IMG/VR virus record: IMGVR_UViG_3300024297_000001
Strand: one strand, 5' to 3'
Source of the DNA: a virus
Taxonomy: Duplodnaviria > Caudoviricetes
Length of the DNA stretch: 64,000 bases
Each line of letters starts with the position of its first letter. Positions within the stretch are counted from its first letter, which is position 1. The notes under the pieces are model-generated. The model worked only from the letters and a program-made list of their open reading frames with translations. It did no database searches and was not told where the DNA came from. The position numbers and the translations under genes are program-made. Shown here in pieces: positions 29,827 to 39,200 of this stretch.

Positions 29827-30763
29827 CTTTAACCATACTGTTCACTGACTTAACAACTAAATCTTCTATAGTGTCATTCATTGCCATAATACCTTCATTA
29901 GTTCTGTCAGACCATTCATCTATTGTAATCCTAATAGGACTATAAACTCTTGCACCTTCGCCCATGTCAAGGATGTCAAACTTAGGATTTTCAGGATAAG
30001 AAATATTTTCTTTGAATGTTGAACCAACAACAATAGTTGCTGAACAATCTAAAGCATTAACAATATGTCCGCCTACACTATCACAACCTAAGAAGTGATC
30101 TGCGGCTTGAATAATTCCACACCAGAATCTTAAATCAATGTTTTGTGGAATAGCAACAGGTGCTTTTACACCATGCTTCTGGAACTCAATAGCAATTTCA
30201 CTCATAAAGATTACACCAAAGTCTTTAGAAAGTTTTTTAACAATGTTTACTACGTTCTCTGGATCAAAACTTCTTCCGCTTGGATCACCAATCATTCCGT
30301 TTTCGTTAACAGTTCCTCTACCAAATGGTTGGAACACAATTACTTTATCTTTTTTAGTTTTTTCTTTTACTTCTTGAATTAACTTAACACCTGACATTGC
30401 TTCTTGTTGGCTAAGTTTAATTGTAGGTCTTGGTAAATCTCTTACACCTTTATTATTAATTTCAATGTCATAACACTGTCCTAAAGACGCTTTCTGATTA
30501 TAATATTCCCATACTCTATATGGTTCAGGTGTTTTTAATTCACGATCAATTAACTTATCTTCAAATAAGTTTTTGTGAAATACATCGTATGCTTTTTTGT
30601 GTAGTACAGGGTGTCCTTTATAAAAGTCCATTCCTCCTTCACATACGATAATAAAATCGTCATCTGGGTTTTCTTTATGATAGAGTTCTAAAGCAGGAAT
30701 ACTTGTAATAACTCTGCCTGCTCCACCGTTAATAAAAAATGCTGTGTTTCGTTTTGTTGACAT
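29780..30763 (-). CDS. Glycosyltransferase family 9-like (heptosyltransferase fold)
   Basis: GGAGRVITSIPALELYHKENPDDDFIIV resembles the WaaC/WaaF N-terminus; AADHFLGCDSVGGHIVNAL...VVGST resembles ADLFIGNDSGPMHLAAAL...LFGPT. Confidence 0.7.
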   Translation of the reverse strand: MSTKRNTAFFINGGAGRVITSIPALELYHKENPDDDFIIVCEGGMDFYKGHPVLHKKAYDVFHKNLFEDKLIDRELKTPEPYRVWEYYNQKASLGQCYDIEINNKGVRDLPRPTIKLSQQEAMSGVKLIQEVKEKTKKDKVIVFQPFGRGTVNENGMIGDPSGRSFDPENVVNIVKKLSKDFGVIFMSEIAIEFQKHGVKAPVAIPQNIDLRFWCGIIQAADHFLGCDSVGGHIVNALDCSATIVVGSTFKENISYPENPKFDILDMGEGARVYSPIRITIDEWSDRTNEGIMAMNDTIEDLVVKSVNSMVKDGTRVEIPEAPEQKE

Positions 30764-30793
30764 TATATTTTATAGTTCCTTTTATGCAATTAC

Positions 30794-31627
30794 TTATTGT
30801 GTAGTTGGTTTTGTTTCGTCATTCGTGACATAGTCCCAAAAGAAGTGTTGTTGTCCTGTGCGTGGTACTTGTACTACCCACTTGCCATCAACTAATACTC
30901 CGCTCGGACTACTTGTTGGTAAGTCTTCTCTTTCACCAAACTTATCACAGCAACTATCGACAGTAATAATAGGAATACCATATTGTGAACTCATCATACG
31001 TAGGTGTACGTCATGCCATTCCATCCATAAACTGTCTTGACTGTTTCCTCTATCTCCATTTGTAGCATGTAATATAACTTCTACTTGATGTATACTTGCC
31101 ATTAATGGTAGACTTGGTGCGTTAAATCTAAATCCATTACCCCAAAAATCATTACATATCATTCCGCATGTTCTCACACCGTCAAGATAATGTGTTTTAG
31201 TTGTTCCTGGTGGATCTGCTAATACTTGATCCCAACTATGATGTGGACTATCTTCCCCACCAACGATATATTGTTTGTTAGTTGCTCCAAGTAATTCGCC
31301 TTGTTTATCGTAATATCTAATTTGATTTTTTCTAATACTTCCTCTATGCTCAACATCAACCCATAATGTACCAAGTGCAATACCCATTCCTTTTGAGTTT
31401 GCATGTGTAATTACTCTGTATGCAGATTTGGCTAAATCAGGCATACCATTTTCTAATACTAAATCAAAGTTTGGAAAATAACCTGATAGTGAACCTTCAG
31501 GTGTTAGTAACCAGTCGCAGTTATTTTCTGCGGCCCAGTCAATTGCCTTAATGATACTTGCTTCATTCTTTTCAAGATTCTGTGTTACAGGTATTTGAGC
31601 ACCCGCAAATCTAACTGTATTACTCAT
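30794..31627 (-). CDS. Carbon-nitrogen hydrolase (nitrilase superfamily)
   Basis: Catalytic E (LLTPEG), K (TNKQY) and C (ICNDFW); TAAATA 5 nt upstream (31633-31638). Confidence 0.85.
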   Translation of the reverse strand: MSNTVRFAGAQIPVTQNLEKNEASIIKAIDWAAENNCDWLLTPEGSLSGYFPNFDLVLENGMPDLAKSAYRVITHANSKGMGIALGTLWVDVEHRGSIRKNQIRYYDKQGELLGATNKQYIVGGEDSPHHSWDQVLADPPGTTKTHYLDGVRTCGMICNDFWGNGFRFNAPSLPLMASIHQVEVILHATNGDRGNSQDSLWMEWHDVHLRMMSSQYGIPIITVDSCCDKFGEREDLPTSSPSGVLVDGKWVVQVPRTGQQHFFWDYVTNDETKPTTQ

Positions 31628-31672
31628 ACAATTATTTAAGTATTGGGTGTAGTGTTTAGTGTGAGATTTGGC

Positions 31673-32632
31673 TTATGCAGTACCGCATGGCGAACGTGGA
31701 ACATCTACTTTCCAAGCCGCATAACGTTGGCATTTGTGAACTTTAAATGTAGCACCTGTACCAGCATCAGCACCGCCGTCTTTTGCTTCGTACGTGAATG
31801 TAGCACCAGCAAATTCTTTTGCCGCTCTTCCTTCTACAATATCTTTACCATCGTTGATTGCTTGGTTACTACTTAAAGTTAAAGCAGTAATAGCACCACT
31901 GTTAACTGTTTTTACTGTAGCAATAAGATGATCAGCAATAATATAATTGTCTAAGTCTGCTTTTGCAAATTTAATTTTGTCACCTACTTCGTAATTAGAA
32001 CCACCAGCAGTAATATCAACAGCAAAACTATCTCCAAAACTTACTGGAATATCTCTTAATGCTTGTCTATATGTTGCCCATTCTGTTTTAATTCCCGTAG
32101 GCATATCTGAAGTTGTTTTATCGTCTGACCAACCTAATAAAGATGTTCTGTGTCTACGTAAGTGAGCCCAAGTAATGTGTGGTTGTTTCCACGGATAGTG
32201 TGGCATTCCACCTTTTGTACTACTTGCTACTTTAATAAATTCATCGTTGCTGTTACACTCGATGTCAAATTTTTCGTATGTATGATGTGGATCTGGATCA
32301 ACGTATGTAACATACTCTACACCATTTGGTAATGTTTCTGTAATAGTTTCGTGTTCATCTTCTTCAACATCTGCTTCCATTAGTGAACAAATAATTGGAT
32401 GCTCTCTACAATCTACTAAAACTTTTCTTAAGTTAATAGGTGCATTAAAGTCCATTCCTTGTTCTTCGTCCATGTATCCTGCAGGTGCAATCTTGTTTGT
32501 TGCTTTATCAATGAACACCCACATAGTCTCAGGACCTTCGTAAGTGTGTGTACCTTGTAATTGTTCGTTATCAAACTGACCCAGGTATTCATCTGGTTTA
32601 GGATAGTTAAATGTGTGTCTAATATTTGCCAT
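31673..32632 (-). CDS. Tail fibre assembly chaperone-like protein, paralog 2
   Basis: WAHLRRHRTSLLGWSD...DMP....EWATYRQALRDIP (Phage_tail_APC-type motif); shares its N-domain with 34125-34829. Confidence 0.7.
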   Translation of the reverse strand: MANIRHTFNYPKPDEYLGQFDNEQLQGTHTYEGPETMWVFIDKATNKIAPAGYMDEEQGMDFNAPINLRKVLVDCREHPIICSLMEADVEEDEHETITETLPNGVEYVTYVDPDPHHTYEKFDIECNSNDEFIKVASSTKGGMPHYPWKQPHITWAHLRRHRTSLLGWSDDKTTSDMPTGIKTEWATYRQALRDIPVSFGDSFAVDITAGGSNYEVGDKIKFAKADLDNYIIADHLIATVKTVNSGAITALTLSSNQAINDGKDIVEGRAAKEFAGATFTYEAKDGGADAGTGATFKVHKCQRYAAWKVDVPRSPCGTA

Positions 32633-32644
32633 GTTTTTTCCTTA

Positions 32645-33367
32645 TTAGTAGTAAACTACGTAAACTAAGCCTCCTGCTCCTGGTGAACCACAACAACAAA
32701 CTTCTCCGTATGCTTGTGCAGACATACCGCCACCACCTGGAAATAATCCAAAGCCTTGCGATCCGCCCCAACCACAACATCCGTTTGGTCCGTTTCTAAA
32801 TCCGCCTCTACCATATGTATCAGCAACCATCATGTTACCTCTATCATGGCAGTATTGACTTAATTGTGAAGTTGAATTCGTGCTACCAATACCAAAGTCC
32901 ATTCCTGAGTGTCCGTGTACACAGTATCTCATTCTACAACATGAATAACATGTTCTGTACATGAAACATTCTGTACGCATAACTCTTCCTCCACATGCTC
33001 TTGCACACCAGTTACCTGATCTACATACATATGAATCACAACCTTGTTGACAGTTTCCTTTTTGTCTACAGCAAGTTGAACCTGCCGCACAAATTGTCAT
33101 TTGTTGTCCAGGCTCTGTTTCCACAGCCTTTTGACCATAACTTCCACCTGTTGATGGATATCCCATTTGACAACAGCAACCGCCGTCGCCAGCCGCGCCA
33201 CCGCCCCATATTTCGAAAGTTGCATATGATACGCCCGCCGGTACCGTCCACAAACAACATCTTCCGCCGTTGTTTGGAGAAGTAGTACTTGTGTTATAAA
33301 CTGCAAGTTCTGCTGGAACCGCTTTGCTTTCTTCATAACCGAATAAAAAATCTCTTAATGTTGACAT
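32645..33367 (-). CDS. Cys-rich, glycine-rich tail-tip/adhesin-like protein A
   Basis: 24 Cys in 240 aa; FEIWGGG, GGSYG, FPGGGG...GAGGLVYVVY. Confidence 0.6.
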   Translation of the reverse strand: MSTLRDFLFGYEESKAVPAELAVYNTSTTSPNNGGRCCLWTVPAGVSYATFEIWGGGAAGDGGCCCQMGYPSTGGSYGQKAVETEPGQQMTICAAGSTCCRQKGNCQQGCDSYVCRSGNWCARACGGRVMRTECFMYRTCYSCCRMRYCVHGHSGMDFGIGSTNSTSQLSQYCHDRGNMMVADTYGRGGFRNGPNGCCGWGGSQGFGLFPGGGGMSAQAYGEVCCCGSPGAGGLVYVVYY

Positions 33368-33382
33368 ACTACTATATACTCC

Positions 33383-34123
33383 TTATGTTGCAGTGTAGTA
33401 AACTGTTACTAATCCGCCCATTCCTTTCGCTCCGCAATAACATGTTTCGTTGTGTGTTACTCCAGAAGCACCACCCCCTCCTGGGAATACTCCGTGGTCT
33501 CCTTGTCCTTGTCCATCTGTTTTGTAACAACCTGAACGTGACATTCTTGTAACTCCTGTAAATGGTGCACTTGGCATAAACTGGTGCATGTCTGATGCAC
33601 AGTGAGCTGAGCCATGTCCGCCACCTGTTGTACCACACATTGCCAATGTAGCACCGTTAACACAACCGCAGTTAAACATTTGACATCCACTGTATGAACA
33701 GTTTTGACTCCAAAAACATTTGGAAGCCGCTTCTGATCCACCTGATGAACACATACAAAATGCACTCGGTCCACATACGTAACTTGGGAATCCTCTACAA
33801 CTGTAACATCTTGAGTGACAGCATGTACTACCACCTGCACAAATTGTAAATGTTTCTCCCGCTGATACTGTTATAATTCGTCTACCATAAGAACCTGATC
33901 CACCTGACCAACCTTGTTGGCAACAGCACACTCCAGCACCTGGACCACCGCCACCCCAAACTTCAAAAGCCGCCCATTCAGCACCTGTTGGTACTGTCCA
34001 CTGGCAACATTTACCACCGTTGTTTTGATCGGTAACGTTTGTCGCGTATACTCTTAATGAAGTTAAAGGAGCAGATGCCCCTGAAGATGTTCCGTATTGT
34101 AATAAGGTTCTTAAACTTGACAT
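33383..34123 (-). CDS. Cys-rich, glycine-rich tail-tip/adhesin-like protein B
   Basis: 23 Cys in 246 aa; same motif scaffold as A and C. Confidence 0.6.
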   Translation of the reverse strand: MSSLRTLLQYGTSSGASAPLTSLRVYATNVTDQNNGGKCCQWTVPTGAEWAAFEVWGGGGPGAGVCCCQQGWSGGSGSYGRRIITVSAGETFTICAGGSTCCHSRCYSCRGFPSYVCGPSAFCMCSSGGSEAASKCFWSQNCSYSGCQMFNCGCVNGATLAMCGTTGGGHGSAHCASDMHQFMPSAPFTGVTRMSRSGCYKTDGQGQGDHGVFPGGGGASGVTHNETCYCGAKGMGGLVTVYYTAT

Positions 34124-34124
34124 A

Positions 34125-34829
34125 TTATTCGTCGTCCTCTACTGATGCAATATCTGCGCCTGGCTCTACTGGAAAGTTTACCATGTGTGCTGGAAACTCA
34201 TCTGCTTCGCCGTGTTTAAATAATGCTGGTAAATCACGTAATTTTTGTCTGTATGTAGTCCAAAGTGCTTTAGTAGCATCTGGCATATCATCAGCAATCT
34301 TACTATCTGAACCTGCTAACATATTGTTTCTTACAATAATTAACTGATCCCATGATGTCCAAGGTTGTTTCCATTTCATAGTCCATGTACCGCCAGTATA
34401 TTTTCCGTCAGTTAATGTACCATCTTTATTGTAAACACACTCGTCTAATTCATATGTATGATCAACATCAGTTGGGTCTGGTCTTTCGTATGTAGTACCA
34501 TCTGGTAAGTCTACAACAATGTTTGTTTGACCAACAACTGTATCCCATTCTGTTTGTGCATCAAATAATGAACACATAGTTGGATCAGTGTTGCAGTCTA
34601 CTTCAACTTTATATTGATCTTCTGGTACAGGAAAATCTGCACCGTTTTCTTCTTCTGTTAGTACAAGACGTGATGTATCACTACGCCCTGTATCTTTATC
34701 TATAAAAATCCAAATCTTGTCCGGCCCGTTGTATTTTGCATTTGCGGTTTTGCCGTCTGCATTTGTTTGGGCAAGATAGTCATCTGGAAGATTATAACTA
34801 AAGTCTTTTTGTATAATTGTATTTGGCAT
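34125..34829 (-). CDS. Tail fibre assembly chaperone-like protein, paralog 1
   Basis: WDQLIIVRNNMLAGSD...DMP....LWTTYRQKLRDLP. Confidence 0.7.
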   Translation of the reverse strand: MPNTIIQKDFSYNLPDDYLAQTNADGKTANAKYNGPDKIWIFIDKDTGRSDTSRLVLTEEENGADFPVPEDQYKVEVDCNTDPTMCSLFDAQTEWDTVVGQTNIVVDLPDGTTYERPDPTDVDHTYELDECVYNKDGTLTDGKYTGGTWTMKWKQPWTSWDQLIIVRNNMLAGSDSKIADDMPDATKALWTTYRQKLRDLPALFKHGEADEFPAHMVNFPVEPGADIASVEDDE

Positions 34830-34849
34830 TATATTTTCTCCATTATCCT

Positions 34850-35581
34850 TTAACTATAACTAACTTTCACCGCACCTGCTTGTCCCCAGCCGCCCCAGCA
34901 ACATGGTTCTCCGCAAGCCGCTCCACCGCCGCCGCCTCCTCCTGGGAAAGCCGCTAAACAGTTGAAACATGAACCAGTGTTTGTAAAGTTACCCGCACAC
35001 CAGTCTTTAGTTCTTCTTGACACACCAAAGTGAGCAGGACCTGTTACAAAGTTCCACATTTGGTTATGACAATACTGACTTCTTTTTGAACTTCCTGTAA
35101 TTTGTGGAAGTCCCCAATCACCTGTGCCACACTGCCATACAAATGATGGGTGACAAGTGTATGCATCAGTAAAGCAACATGCTTTACCTCCACAACCACC
35201 TGGTGCACAAGTTGTTGGAATACTTGAACCAGTAACAAAACTCGGATAGCCGTTTCCGCCTATACATCCGTGACAGCAACACGTAGTTGAACCGCCTGCA
35301 CAGATTGTATATTGACACCCTGCCGTACTTTGAATTGTTCTGATTGCGTAAGATCCGCCTGCCGCCGGTCTATTTGGAAACTGACAACAACATCCTCCAT
35401 GGCCTCCGCCACCTCCGCCCCATAACTCAAAAGTTATGTTGACTTTGTTTGCTGGTAAGGTCCAAAGACAACACCTACCACCGTTACCGATGCCCGTACT
35501 ATCATTCCATACCCAAAAGTTTCTTGTGACTCCTGCTTTCGCTGGTTCCACGTCTGAAAGAAAATTACGTAGTGTTGACAT
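34850..35581 (-). CDS. Cys-rich, glycine-rich tail-tip/adhesin-like protein C
   Basis: 24 Cys in 243 aa; same motif scaffold. Confidence 0.6.
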   Translation of the reverse strand: MSTLRNFLSDVEPAKAGVTRNFWVWNDSTGIGNGGRCCLWTLPANKVNITFELWGGGGGGHGGCCCQFPNRPAAGGSYAIRTIQSTAGCQYTICAGGSTTCCCHGCIGGNGYPSFVTGSSIPTTCAPGGCGGKACCFTDAYTCHPSFVWQCGTGDWGLPQITGSSKRSQYCHNQMWNFVTGPAHFGVSRRTKDWCAGNFTNTGSCFNCLAAFPGGGGGGGAACGEPCCWGGWGQAGAVKVSYS

Positions 35582-35601
35582 GTTATTCTTTTCCTATTAT
35601 C

Positions 35602-35928
35602 TTACGTTCCACTAATAATCCAGCCGTAAGTTGCACCTGTGTAAACAAGTGTTACTGCCGCATTATTAATATCTAATGTTAAATCTTCGCTTAAATTCTG
35701 GATTTTCGCGCCGTTACGTCCCACAGTTAAGTTTGAACTTGCAAACGCACCCGTTACGTCGACAATTTGAACTGTATCGTTTTCTAACAAACTTGTGCTA
35801 AGAGGTAGAGTTACCGTAAAGCCTCCACCTGTACACAAAATTCTGTCATTAACAACAGCATTATATGTCGTACTAACGGTTCTGAGTACAGTACCAGCGG
35901 TTCCAGTTGTAGTTATGTATCTTCCCAT
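35602..35928 (-). CDS. Stand-alone domain resembling the N-terminal repeat of the T4 proximal long tail fibre (gp34)
   Basis: FTVTLP.....NDTVQIVD..G.F..SNLTV.RNG.KI.....DLTLD......LVY.G..YGW; late promoter at 35948-35954. Confidence 0.55.
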   Translation of the reverse strand: MGRYITTTGTAGTVLRTVSTTYNAVVNDRILCTGGGFTVTLPLSTSLLENDTVQIVDVTGAFASSNLTVGRNGAKIQNLSEDLTLDINNAAVTLVYTGATYGWIISGT

Positions 35929-35950
35929 TGTTTTATCCTTCTATATGTAT

Positions 35951-36268
35951 TTATGCCGCAGTCTCAATACCGAACGCGACTGCACTAACATTTCCTGAAC
36001 TTGATCTAACGACCAACTTCTTCCCTGCGTCCATTACTATCCCCGATCTCTCAAGTACACCGTGTGCCAAGACTTCCGTCTCCCACTCTATATACTCTGC
36101 GCCTGTTGGGGTATCAGCCGCCGCAACTGCCATTTGCACACCAATTGCTTGATTTCCTCTATTACACACCGAACACGTTACAACTGCATAGTTGTCAGTT
36201 GGCACAGTATATACGGTAGTGTTAGTTCCAGCGACCAAATCGCTCGCTCCTAATCTTCCTGTTGCCAT
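35951..36268 (-). CDS. Small beta-rich virion protein, family S copy 3
   Basis: TVYTVP...AVV..SVCN...GIVMDAGKKLVVRS; paralogous to 50248-50577 and 57853-58209. Confidence 0.6.
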   Translation of the reverse strand: MATGRLGASDLVAGTNTTVYTVPTDNYAVVTCSVCNRGNQAIGVQMAVAAADTPTGAEYIEWETEVLAHGVLERSGIVMDAGKKLVVRSSSGNVSAVAFGIETAA

Positions 36269-36281
36269 GGTTTAATCTCCT

Positions 36282-39200
36282 TTATCCCATCAAAAACATA
36301 TTTAGCGCCACAGGTGCACCATCAACTCCACCTTGGAAATTGAATTGTGCTTTTACGTTAATCGGAACTACTGTAGTTGTAGTAATTTCCTGTCCGGAAA
36401 TCTGTACAAGACCTGCAATAATTTGGTTAACGTTAAGAGTGGATGCACCACCACCAATCTGTGACGTGATATATGTTCTAATTGCTCTTTGTGTTGGTAC
36501 AATACTGTCGCTGTTTGCGGCAAATGTACCATCGGTGCTAAATTCGTTGACTGTTGCGCCTGTGTTACCAAGTGCAATGTTACCCAATGACAGTTCTTGC
36601 AATCCACTAATGTTAAATGCATCAGCGTTAAGTGTCGCAACACCTGTTGACTGTTCAACGTTAAACAGTCCACCTACTCTAAAGTTACCATCTTGGTCAG
36701 TTGACGTAAAGAATACTCTTCCGCCACCGCCCTCAACGGCTTCACTTGCTGGAACTGGGTCCTGCAATGGTAAGTTTGGATAATTTGTTGTAGTAAAGTT
36801 ACCTGTACCAATGTCTAAGAAGTCATGTCCTGTTAGACGTACTTGTGAGTATCTTAATCTAATCTCTGAACTTTCTGTATGCACTGGTGCATTGTCTACT
36901 GGAATGTCTGGACTTACTTGCAACTGTGCAGTAAATGGTCCTGACGCTCCGCCTAATAAATTTGTAACAGCAACAAGTTTGTAAAACACTGTTGGCTGAT
37001 TTGAAAACACAACGTTTGAACCTGCTCTTGGTGTTGTGGTTAATCCTGATACTTGTACAAACTTACCACTTTGTAAGTTGTCCATAAATCCACCACCATA
37101 TGTTACTTTACCACCAGTTGTATATGTACCTTGTGCTGTTGTATCAATTGTTTCTGTTAGTGTTGGATTTGAATATAGATCAAAATTGTCTGCGTCAATA
37201 ACTTTTACATAGAAAGTTGTTGGATCAAACAATCTAATCATTCCTAATACTTCTTTGATGTTTACTTTAGTTCCATCTAATGTAATACCATGTGCTGTTG
37301 CTGTAACTCTACATGGATTAGATTTAGCAACACCTGTAATATTTTTCTCAATAGTTGTTGCAGTAACAAGTGCAGTTGCAGTATCAAAGCCATCACCTCT
37401 ACCTGCGTTAGTTGCTCCAGCAAACGTTGGCTGACCTAATACACCGTCACCAACTCTAATTTCAAATGGTGCTTCGATAGTATTGTTTGGATCAGTAATT
37501 GTCATTGTTACTGAACTGTCATAACCTTGTCCTGGTTCAATAATTCTAACCTGATTAATTAATCCGTCTTGTACTCTACATCTACCAATTGCTTGTACAC
37601 TTGTACTTGAACCGTCACCAGTTGGTGTACTAAATGTTAGTCTTGGTTCAATTTCATAAGTTGTTGTACTGTCAAGTAATGGTACAATCGCTTCACCAAT
37701 AATGTTATCCCAACCAGGTGTACCATCACTGTATTTTCTTACAGTTGCAACTTTTGTACCTGCATTGAATGTATCAATGTAAGCATATTGTCCTGTACCT
37801 AATCCTGATACAATCCAAATAGCCATTCCAGCAAGTTCACCTGATGTATTTGTATCCGTGTTTGAAATTGTAATCTGTGTTGTGTTACCAATCTGTGCCG
37901 CGTTACCTGCTGTGTTATAATCCTTACCACCGAAGTTATCACTTGTGTTAAGCAATCTTACTTCCATGATTCCGCCTGTTCTGTATGTTGGTGTTACAGT
38001 TCCTAAACCAAAACCGTCGCCAGTAATAGTAATGACTGCATTACCGCCGTTAGTATCATAATCTCTACCAGCATTTAAATACTCCACTGCTATGACTCTT
38101 GATGCATCAGTCATTACCTGAGCAATTTGAGCCTGTTTATCTTTGTTATCTGTGTATGCAATAATTGGAACTTCTGTTGAGTCAACTCCTTCTGCTACAC
38201 AACCAAATGTACCATATGAACTGTTACCGTTCGTAGCACGTATCTTACCGCCGTTCTCTGCAAGGTATCCAATGTGTCCGTAGTATGAGAACACGGAAAC
38301 AAGTTCTGTTCTACCTAAGTTTGTACACCATACACCAATACCATCTGATAGTACTTGTGTAAAGTCGTTAGCAACGATCGAATCGTTACCACCTGCGTGT
38401 AAGTCACCGTCAATTTTTAATCCAACACAACCTGTACCAAAGTTTGTTACGTTTTGTACATAACAAGATTTGTTAATAATCCAAACATCTTTGTGTGCAG
38501 TACCCCAACCTGGATCCAACGATACATAAGCACCTGCACTTGGACGTTTAGTTCCATAAGTGTTTACTGAACCAAGTACACCACTTAATCCAGTTAGTGT
38601 CATGTTTCTAATACCTGTACCATTACGTACATAGTACATGTCATTTAGTGTTGAACCGTTTGCAGAGTTAATATATAATTCTGCGGCTCTTAAACCTTTG
38701 TAGTTTCCTGTGTAAATTATGTCATGTTGTATTGCTTCAATGTAACGTCTAACATCACGTTTACAAGAATTTTTAAGTGCAGTTGTAAAAGAGTAAGCAG
38801 GATAATCAATTGCAATCTTACTAACTACTTCTTCAACTAAGAATTCTTTATTTGCTTCAAGTCTAATAACTGCGTCAGTGTAACCTGCTGTCTTAACAGG
38901 ATCGTTAACACCTGCAAAAGCAACATCTGAACCGTTTGCATTTAATACAAAGTCAATTTTATTTTTAATTGCTGTAGCAACTGCCGCCGCCGCTGTTCCT
39001 GCCGCACCTGAACCTGCCGGTGCCGCTGTGTCTTGTGCTTTAACTGCTGGATATACTTTAGTACCTAATGAACAAGTCCAAGTAATGTTAGCAACCTGTA
39101 CAACGTTAGTTGCTACTGCACCATGTGCCGCATCTGTTGTTATTGAAACTATACCTGTAACATTATCGTAAGCGGCCGCTGTAACGTTTACAGTAGTTCC

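Noticed and set aside
31673-35581. Diversity-generating retroelement or invertible cassette behind the three Cys-rich paralogs
   Set aside because: No reverse transcriptase or recombinase in the window, no near-identical TR/VR pair differing at adenines, and no flanking inverted repeats. The paralogs resemble each other only at protein level.
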